Below, in pieces: positions 57,403-64,000 of a DNA stretch of 64,000 nucleotides. The stretch is from Cyanobacteria bacterium auto_48_18. GTDB taxonomy: Bacteria > Cyanobacteriota > Vampirovibrionia > Obscuribacterales > Obscuribacteraceae. A program made the translations under genes and the position numbers. The stretch lies in NCBI GenBank assembly GCA_036170915.1, contig JAVHQC010000008.1, positions 1 through 64,000 of the forward strand, written 5' to 3'. Within the stretch, counting starts at the first letter, position 1; every line of letters starts with the position of its first letter. Below the pieces are notes generated by a model. The model was not told where the DNA came from. It was given only the letters and a program-made list of their open reading frames with translations, and did not search any database.

Positions 57403-59727
57403 GTGAATAAGCCTGTAAATACCGCTGGGAATGCTGACTCGCCTAGGCAAACACCGAGGCCAATACCTGCTGGCGCTGAGTTTCAAGCTGGCGCTGTTGT
57501 AAACAATAGCTATGAGATAGTCGACTACCTTGGCCGGGGTGCAATGGGCTTCGTCTATCGAGCCAGGCACTTAATCTTGTCAAAGGAGTACGCTCTCAAG
57601 ACTCTTGGCGCAGACCAGGTCAATGAAACGGCCTGGCGACGATTTCAGAATGAAGCTCAAGCCATTGCCAAGATGAATCATCCCAATGTGGTGGGAATAC
57701 ACAACTTCGGTTTGCACCGCACAGCCGAAGGTTTTGATATTCCATACTACGTAATGGATTTACTCGAGGGCGGCAATCTCATGGAGCGTTTACGAGACCA
57801 TGGTGCTGTACCGTTAACGGTTGCTGTGCGTATCTTTCAGCAAGCTGCAGCCGGCCTTGGTTATGCACATAGCAAAGGGATAATTCACAGAGATGTGAAG
57901 CCTGGCAATATAGTCTTGCTTAACTCGCCAGACAGCACCGGGGCAATTCTTAAAATTGTAGATTTTGGAATTGCCAAACTTACCGATAATGAGCTCTATA
58001 GCCAGAAACTAACCAATGCGGGAGAAGTTTTCGGCAGCCCATATTACATGAGTCCAGAGCAGAGTATGGCGCTGAAAATAGATTCGAGAACCGATATTTA
58101 TTCACTTGGTGTCTCATTATTCGAGACTCTAGCCGGGGTCACACCGTTTGGCGGGAAATCAGCTGTTGAGACAATGATCAATCATCAAACTGCTCCGGTC
58201 CCGGACATCAGCACTATTGCTGGTAAGAATTTTCCAGCGGATTTGCAAAGCGTACTGGAAATTATGATGGCGAAAAAACCAGATGACCGATATCAGACGA
58301 TGCAACAAGTCATTGCAGATTTGTCTGCGCTGGAACATGGTAAACGCCCCAGTTTCCAAACTTACTTGCCGGAGGGCTCGGATGATCATTCCGATGATCA
58401 CTTTGGTTTTCGTCAGGCCTTGTCTGAACCATCTCTTCTGGCAGCAACGAGGCCAGGTCCGCATGGGGGCTCTAACTCGCTAGCCGAAACGGACGACTCC
58501 ACAGAGAAGCAGCACACAAATTTGCCCAAAGTCGTTTTCCTTTCTCTTGCAGGAACGATTCTTGTTTTATTTTCCGTTTTTTCTTTAATTCGATTCAATG
58601 ATGAAGCGAAGGGAGACACTCAAAAATCGACTTCTAAAATTTCATCTGTGAACGGGTCAGCACGCAGCAGCTTGTCGGTTTTAGCTTCAACCGTTAACGG
58701 TTCGAGAGATTATAAGAATTTGGTCGGTCAAGCTGCAGGCAAATGGCTTTCCAACAGTGCCAACGAGCATGGCAGCTCATTTAAGGAAAGTTCCGATTTA
58801 ATTGAGTCAGGTATGGGCGAACTCGAGCTGGTTGTAGATCGTGGGGAGAAAGCTGTAAAAGACTATACTGGTCAACAAGTGGTCTCGCTCAATGCGCAGA
58901 AGCTGACAGCTAAATATTCGTCCCTTAAAACTATTGGCGGCATTCGTTATCGTAGTTTTAAATTTCCCCACGATGTTTTCATCGGCTCTATTTACAGCTC
59001 CGAATTAAGAATGGAAAAAAATGCGCAGGACGCCTGGGAGGTCCCTGAAAGCGCTCGTCTTTGTTACAGTCCTTCGCTCGTGGTAGCTAAGTATCCGCAA
59101 TTTTTGAAGAGATTTAGAGCCGGCGATATATATTCCTTGTCTCTGCTTCCTATGGCCTGTAGCAATCAGCTACTAGAGCAGGTTTCTCTAATTCCAGAAG
59201 TGCACGAGCTGTCAATCAAGTATTGCAAGAGATTTACTCCGTCATGTTACTCAGCTTTTGCAAAATTCAAGACTCTTGACCTCTTGGACCTTTCAGGGAG
59301 TAATGTGGATGGCGCAACGCTGGCTAAAGCTAAAAGCCTCGGAACAGTTAAGAAGATACTCTGGTCTGATGCTGTGAAACCAGGCCCTTTCTTGAGACAA
59401 GTGGCAGGGTCGCCTAATCTCGTTGCTCTAAATTTAACAGGGTCACATCTTACCCCTGAAGATTTCCACGCAATTGCGCAGATGCCTAATTTAAAGAGTC
59501 TGGAAATTGCTCAGAATAAGCTCTCCACCGATGATCTTAGATTATTGAGCCGCTTGTCTCAGCTGACAGAGCTTAACGTTCAAGAATGCGGGCTGAAGCA
59601 GGAGGCTGTTCCAGTATTGAAACGGTTTCATTCTCTTCGCGACTTGAAGATTCTTTCCAAGGGCACTCCTGCTCGCATGAGTGAAGCACTGTTTAAAGGC
59701 CTGCCACCGAATGTGATAATTCACTGA
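57403..59727 (+). CDS. Hanks-type Ser/Thr kinase - TM - leucine-rich repeats
   Basis: GRGAMG, ALK, HRDVKPGN, DFG, GSPYYMSPE; TM helix; C-terminal LxxLxL repeats. Palindrome cores at 57810 and 58690. Confidence 0.92.
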   Translation: MNKPVNTAGNADSPRQTPRPIPAGAEFQAGAVVNNSYEIVDYLGRGAMGFVYRARHLILSKEYALKTLGADQVNETAWRRFQNEAQAIAKMNHPNVVGIHNFGLHRTAEGFDIPYYVMDLLEGGNLMERLRDHGAVPLTVAVRIFQQAAAGLGYAHSKGIIHRDVKPGNIVLLNSPDSTGAILKIVDFGIAKLTDNELYSQKLTNAGEVFGSPYYMSPEQSMALKIDSRTDIYSLGVSLFETLAGVTPFGGKSAVETMINHQTAPVPDISTIAGKNFPADLQSVLEIMMAKKPDDRYQTMQQVIADLSALEHGKRPSFQTYLPEGSDDHSDDHFGFRQALSEPSLLAATRPGPHGGSNSLAETDDSTEKQHTNLPKVVFLSLAGTILVLFSVFSLIRFNDEAKGDTQKSTSKISSVNGSARSSLSVLASTVNGSRDYKNLVGQAAGKWLSNSANEHGSSFKESSDLIESGMGELELVVDRGEKAVKDYTGQQVVSLNAQKLTAKYSSLKTIGGIRYRSFKFPHDVFIGSIYSSELRMEKNAQDAWEVPESARLCYSPSLVVAKYPQFLKRFRAGDIYSLSLLPMACSNQLLEQVSLIPEVHELSIKYCKRFTPSCYSAFAKFKTLDLLDLSGSNVDGATLAKAKSLGTVKKILWSDAVKPGPFLRQVAGSPNLVALNLTGSHLTPEDFHAIAQMPNLKSLEIAQNKLSTDDLRLLSRLSQLTELNVQECGLKQEAVPVLKRFHSLRDLKILSKGTPARMSEALFKGLPPNVIIH

Positions 59728-59749
59728 CAGAATCAAATAATTTAACTGT

Positions 59750-61990
59750 ATGCAATCCGATTCACCTGACTCAAAAAATATACGCACTAATCGACATCGT
59801 CGGACAGTGGAGCGGTTAGCATTGCGTCGCCAAACAACAAGTAACCGTCTCAGTCAGCAGCTTGGCGTAGGTAGCGGGGTTGAACCATTCGAAGTATTTC
59901 GTGCAGGCACCGTTATCGGTGGAAAATTTCGCATAGTCTCCTTAATTGGCATGGGCGGCATGGGTATTGTTTACCTGGCTGAGCATGTCGCTTTGCAGAA
60001 GCGGTATGCACTAAAAATCCTGGCACCAGATTTGGTTAATGAACAGAATTGGCTGCGCTTTAAGTCGGAAGCAAAAATTCTGGCTGGATTGAATCATCCG
60101 ACCCTGGTCAATGTCTACGACCTTGGTATCCATGCTGATTCGGTGCCATTTTATGCTATGGATTATATAGAGGGCTTTACCGTTGAAGATCTGCTTTGTG
60201 ATGCTCAACCGTTAACTGTTGATAGAACTATCGACATCTTTCTCGTCGTTCTCGATGGATTGGCATACGCCCATCGCAACGGCGTCATTCACCGCGACAT
60301 CAAGCCTGGAAACATTTTGCTTCAAGCCGGCGGGCCAGGCGTTAGTCAGTCGGTAAAAATTCTTGACTTCGGCATTTCAAAACTGCTTGATACAAGACAT
60401 GGTGAGCAGTACCTGACGGCCATCGGTGAGATTTTTGGCAGCCCTTATTACATGAGTCCTGAGCAGTGTGCGGGAGAAATAGTTGATTCCAAATCCGACA
60501 TTTATTCGGTTGGTTGTGCAATGTTCGAGACTTTAACCGGTTACGTTCCCTTTGATGGTGAAACGCCGCTTGAGACGGCTTTGATGCATCAAGAAGATGA
60601 CGTTCCGCTTCTTGGTGAGCTCTGCCAAGAAAAGCATTTTCCAGAGTCTTTGGATTTTGTCATCGGTAAATGTATGGCAAAAGCACCTGGCGATCGGTAT
60701 AGATCTGCAAAGGAAGTTGCGCTTGATCTCATTCGTATTAAAGAAGGCAAAGACGTATTCGCTTATTCAGCTGAAAGCGTAGCTAGAAGGAGCGGCAAAA
60801 GAACAGGTGGGCGCAGCGGAAGGCAAAAAAAAGCGCTCCAGCTGAGCAAGGGGATAAGTGCGCTCGGCGTGATGGGTGTCTTAGCAGTGATGGTTGGCAC
60901 GCTTACTTGTCTGCTCTGGTTGAATGTAGTGAATGAGATGCGGTCGTTAAAGCAGTCGCAAGGGGCCAAAATTACAAGCCACGCTTTAAATCATTTGCCG
61001 TCTTTTCCTGAGCCGGAAGGTATAGAAATCGGTCGAACCGTCCCCCATTCAAAAGACGATTTGAATAGCGTAGCTAAGAGTCCAGGTCGGCTTGATAGTA
61101 TGCTAGGCAACAGCGGAAACATTATGGTGGCCTTCAATCACATTCCGAAAAAAGCTCCACCGTCCAGCAAAATTAAGACCCCTTATTCATCGTTAGAGAC
61201 CGCCAGCGGAGAACGTTTTCGTACTTTTGATTTTCCTAAAGATGCATTCTTGGGATGCGTGTATGGTGACAACATTGGAGAAAGTGCAAGAGCTCAAGGC
61301 CAAGTAAGACTTAGTGATTCAGATGTATTGACATATTGTCCATCGCGCACTGCTACTCGATTTCCGCAATATTTGCAGCGGTTCAGGGCAGGAGATGTAC
61401 GAACAATTAAATTACTTAGTTTTGCTAACGATAACGAGATGCTGAAGGCAATAACAATGGTTCCTGGTGTACAGACTTTGCGACTTGCTTCATGTAAGCA
61501 GATCGATGCTCGAGGACTGCGTGTTCTTTCACGTATGCGGCATCTGCAAAGATTAGACGTGAGCGACACCACATTTGACGGCGCTATGCTGGCCGGCGCA
61601 TGCGATTGGAGCAATCTGCAAAGCCTTATCTACGGTTCTGGCACTAATGTTGGACCAATGCTTTCTGCACTTATACCATCAACAAAATTCATGGTTCTAG
61701 ATTTGAATCATGCCAGATTGAGCGATTCCGATTATCGATTACTCGCTCAAATGACTGGATTGGTTAGCCTGAATCTTTCGTACACACAAACAAACGCGAG
61801 TCACTTGAAAGCCCTGTCGCGCCTGAGTTCGCTACAAAGTCTGAATTTAGAAGGTTGCCCTTTTTCGCCACAGGTAATTTATGCCTTGCGAGATTTTAAA
61901 TCTCTAAAATCGGTCACTCTTGGTTTAGCTGAACTGCCAGAATTAAGCAAGGGGCTTAAATTAGAGCTGCCAGGAGTCGAGATTCGGTAG
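59750..61990 (+). CDS. Hanks-type Ser/Thr kinase - TM - leucine-rich repeats (paralogue)
   Basis: GMGGMG, HRDIKPGN, DFG, GSPYYMSPE; TM; LRRs; shares FP.D.F.G and PQ.L.RFRAGD with the upstream gene. Confidence 0.92.
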   Translation: MQSDSPDSKNIRTNRHRRTVERLALRRQTTSNRLSQQLGVGSGVEPFEVFRAGTVIGGKFRIVSLIGMGGMGIVYLAEHVALQKRYALKILAPDLVNEQNWLRFKSEAKILAGLNHPTLVNVYDLGIHADSVPFYAMDYIEGFTVEDLLCDAQPLTVDRTIDIFLVVLDGLAYAHRNGVIHRDIKPGNILLQAGGPGVSQSVKILDFGISKLLDTRHGEQYLTAIGEIFGSPYYMSPEQCAGEIVDSKSDIYSVGCAMFETLTGYVPFDGETPLETALMHQEDDVPLLGELCQEKHFPESLDFVIGKCMAKAPGDRYRSAKEVALDLIRIKEGKDVFAYSAESVARRSGKRTGGRSGRQKKALQLSKGISALGVMGVLAVMVGTLTCLLWLNVVNEMRSLKQSQGAKITSHALNHLPSFPEPEGIEIGRTVPHSKDDLNSVAKSPGRLDSMLGNSGNIMVAFNHIPKKAPPSSKIKTPYSSLETASGERFRTFDFPKDAFLGCVYGDNIGESARAQGQVRLSDSDVLTYCPSRTATRFPQYLQRFRAGDVRTIKLLSFANDNEMLKAITMVPGVQTLRLASCKQIDARGLRVLSRMRHLQRLDVSDTTFDGAMLAGACDWSNLQSLIYGSGTNVGPMLSALIPSTKFMVLDLNHARLSDSDYRLLAQMTGLVSLNLSYTQTNASHLKALSRLSSLQSLNLEGCPFSPQVIYALRDFKSLKSVTLGLAELPELSKGLKLELPGVEIR

Positions 61991-61997
61991 ATTGCGT

Positions 61998-62035
61998 GGT
62001 GGATCCATCAACCGTTAACGGTTGATGGATCCACC
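61998..62035. repeat. Iterated palindrome copy (38-bp perfect palindrome)
   Basis: GGTGGATCCATCAACCGTTAACGGTTGATGGATCCACC. Confidence 0.97.
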
Positions 62036-62104
62036 CAGTACCCTAACATGTTCAAAACCCCTGAAACCCCCAAAAAGAACCGCTCCCCCACACAGCCTGG
62101 CCGA

Positions 62105-63496
62105 TTACTCCGTAAGAATCCAACGTCTGGGTGAGGAGGCGAGGCTATTAGCCGGAGTACTTTGCTGCCAGTGGTGGCTCATATATTTGGCGTAAGCATT
62201 GTCCGAATCTATTTGTAGAACTTTGTTCAAATCAGCAAGTGCCAGGTCGTTTCTATTGGTGCAGCGATAACACGCTGCCCTGATCAAATAACAGTCTGCA
62301 TTACCAGGCGCCAGAGCAATTGCCTGATTTAATTTTGCAATTGCTTTGTCATACTGTTGCAGTCCGTGATAGGCCATTCCGTCGTACAACAAGTTGCGGC
62401 TGGTATTATCGATAGCAATGTCCATCGATTTTTTTAGAGTAGCGCAGTGCAGAGCCAGGGGCGAATATAGTGCCTTTTTGCCTTTTAAATTCTGCAGCCA
62501 CTTGTTGCCTTTAGCTAGCGCACCACGAGGATCGTGATTAAATTCGTAGGCTACCATTTCGTCCGCGTAGTCAGCAAAGGAAGATACGCCTTGGGCTGCA
62601 TATTTTTGATAAACACTTAAGGCTTGCTGATAATGTCCTTCATAGAGCAGAGATTTTGCCAGCATCTGGTGAATCGAAAGGCTACTGGACTTAATTAGTA
62701 AATCTTCAAAAGGAAAAGGCGCAAGCTGGCTATGTTTTAGAGGTAATGTTTTTTCAAGAACAGTCTGTGCCTGGTTATAGTTGCCATTTTGAAAAAGAGC
62801 CAGACCCAGGAAGGCGTTGAAAAAGTAATCGTCTGGCGCCAGCTGGGTGGCTCGAGTAAAGTCAGGTATTGCTGCAGCTGCCGAAATGTTATTAAGAGCA
62901 CCGTGAGTTTCCTGGGTTAGAAATGCACAGCCTCTACCAAAATGTGCGAGGGCCGAGCCAGGTTGCATGGCAAGGAATTGACTGCATTCCTCTTTGAGTG
63001 TTGCTTGGTCTGCTTTAAAGAATGCCAGAAATGCCTTTTGTTGATGTTTGTGCAATTCGACATCTGGATCAAACCAGGTATAAGACTGAGGAACTACAGT
63101 CCAAACTGCCGTCACTGCAATGAAAAACCAGCAAATCCAGGCCCCTGGTGCGAATGGTGGTTTGACGCCTTGCGCCTTTGGTTTCTCCACCTGCCAATAA
63201 GGAAGATTTGGCGTATCTATATTTCCTTCGATTTTCTCGCGCAGCAATGGGTTCTTGTCTGATGCAGGTACACTTTTCGCCGCGTTCTCAATTTCCACGG
63301 GGACCAATTTCCCGGCCTTGTTCTCAGCCGGAGCCTCGTCAACAACTTTAAAAGTTGTGTTTTCGCGCTGTTCTTTAAATTCGAGTTTTTTAGCACCAGT
63401 CCCATAATTTCGCCCGCTGCCATTGTTAGACGCGCCATTATTAGCAGCGCCACCATTATTGCCGGCGCTGCCATTTTTATCATCGTCGTTATTCAT
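62105..63496 (-). CDS. Membrane-anchored TPR protein
   Basis: N/G-rich N-terminus, one TM segment, multiple TPRs; start overlaps the kinase stop. Confidence 0.8.
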   Translation of the reverse strand: MNNDDDKNGSAGNNGGAANNGASNNGSGRNYGTGAKKLEFKEQRENTTFKVVDEAPAENKAGKLVPVEIENAAKSVPASDKNPLLREKIEGNIDTPNLPYWQVEKPKAQGVKPPFAPGAWICWFFIAVTAVWTVVPQSYTWFDPDVELHKHQQKAFLAFFKADQATLKEECSQFLAMQPGSALAHFGRGCAFLTQETHGALNNISAAAAIPDFTRATQLAPDDYFFNAFLGLALFQNGNYNQAQTVLEKTLPLKHSQLAPFPFEDLLIKSSSLSIHQMLAKSLLYEGHYQQALSVYQKYAAQGVSSFADYADEMVAYEFNHDPRGALAKGNKWLQNLKGKKALYSPLALHCATLKKSMDIAIDNTSRNLLYDGMAYHGLQQYDKAIAKLNQAIALAPGNADCYLIRAACYRCTNRNDLALADLNKVLQIDSDNAYAKYMSHHWQQSTPANSLASSPRRWILTE

Positions 63497-64000
63497 GGCC
63501 ACCTGCCTGCTTCTCGGTCAGATCTTGCAAAATTTGATTGCAGTCTTCGTACCGGTCTTTTAAGTTAATGGCTGTGGCTTTAGCAACGATATCGTCCATG
63601 GCTTGTGAGACACTGTCGGTAATTTCTTTAGGATGCGACGCGCTTATGGGCTCGGGTTCTTTGCCGGTTAAAAGGAAAGCAAGCGTAGCGCCCATGCCGT
63701 AGATATCGCTCTGAGGCACAGGTTGTCCGCGAAATTGTTCCGGCGGTAAATAAGCTGGTTTGCCCACCACGGAGCCTGTGGCATTCGATTCAACCTGTCG
63801 AGCGACGTTAAAGTCAATCAATTTAAGCAGGCCATCATGGCGTAAGATCAGATTTTCCGGAGTAAAATCGCGATGCACCACATGTGGTTCCTGGCTGTGT
63901 AGGTAGTTTAGAATCACACACATTTGCTTCGCCAGTTCACGCACTCTTGGTTCGGTAAGTGGCCCGTTTTGAGTGACGATTTCACGCAGTGACAAACCGT
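63489..64000 (-). CDS. Ser/Thr kinase-like protein, C-terminal part (5' end outside window)
   Basis: YLH...VVHRDFTPEN, LIDFNVA, VGK.AYLPPEQFRG, SDIYG.G. Confidence 0.88.
   Translation of the reverse strand, partial: GLSLREIVTQNGPLTEPRVRELAKQMCVILNYLHSQEPHVVHRDFTPENLILRHDGLLKLIDFNVARQVESNATGSVVGKPAYLPPEQFRGQPVPQSDIYGMGATLAFLLTGKEPEPISASHPKEITDSVSQAMDDIVAKATAINLKDRYEDCNQILQDLTEKQAGGHE

Noticed and set aside
7822..62035. Palindromic repeats as a CRISPR array or IS ends
   Set aside because: Copies are dispersed with no regular spacers, no cas genes, no enclosed transposase and no evident target duplications

Overview
A 64-kb chromosomal window of roughly 50% GC from a bacterium. I infer a non-photosynthetic relative of cyanobacteria (Melainabacteria/Obscuribacterales-like) from the kinase-TM-LRR proteins, stand-alone MshEN repeats and many TPR proteins; this is not proven. 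Housekeeping and metabolic genes include pyrC, pyrB, htpX, ndh, mnmG, glgX, a delta-9 desaturase, a SNF2 helicase and a UvrA paralogue, plus a urate/allantoin catabolic operon (uricase, allB, alc, uraD, uraH and a CitE/HpcH-like gene). Two systems stand out. (1) At 26715-27771 a 19-aa leader peptide absent from the ORF track (MTAKNAYSYYYYTYSLGVG, six Tyr) sits in a complete attenuator architecture. It lies upstream of a Tyr-poor heme-oxygenase-like diiron enzyme, which suggests an undescribed tyrosine-starvation-induced route to tyrosine. (2) A highly iterated palindrome (core ACCGTTAACGGT, consensus GATCCATCAACCGTTAACGGTTGATGGATC) occurs as 14 exact and 3 near-exact copies. Its arms are locus-specific but self-complementary, and copies lie inside genes in all three reading frames. 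Other oddities are an IS1595-like transposase remnant whose catalytic core is replaced by a DprA-type winged helix, a GC-rich ClpX paralogue with a TPR-like N-domain, an SDR-crotonase fusion, a MurF-like protein with no P-loop, and a frameshifted YyaL-like gene. I recognised no rRNA, tRNA or CRISPR array.
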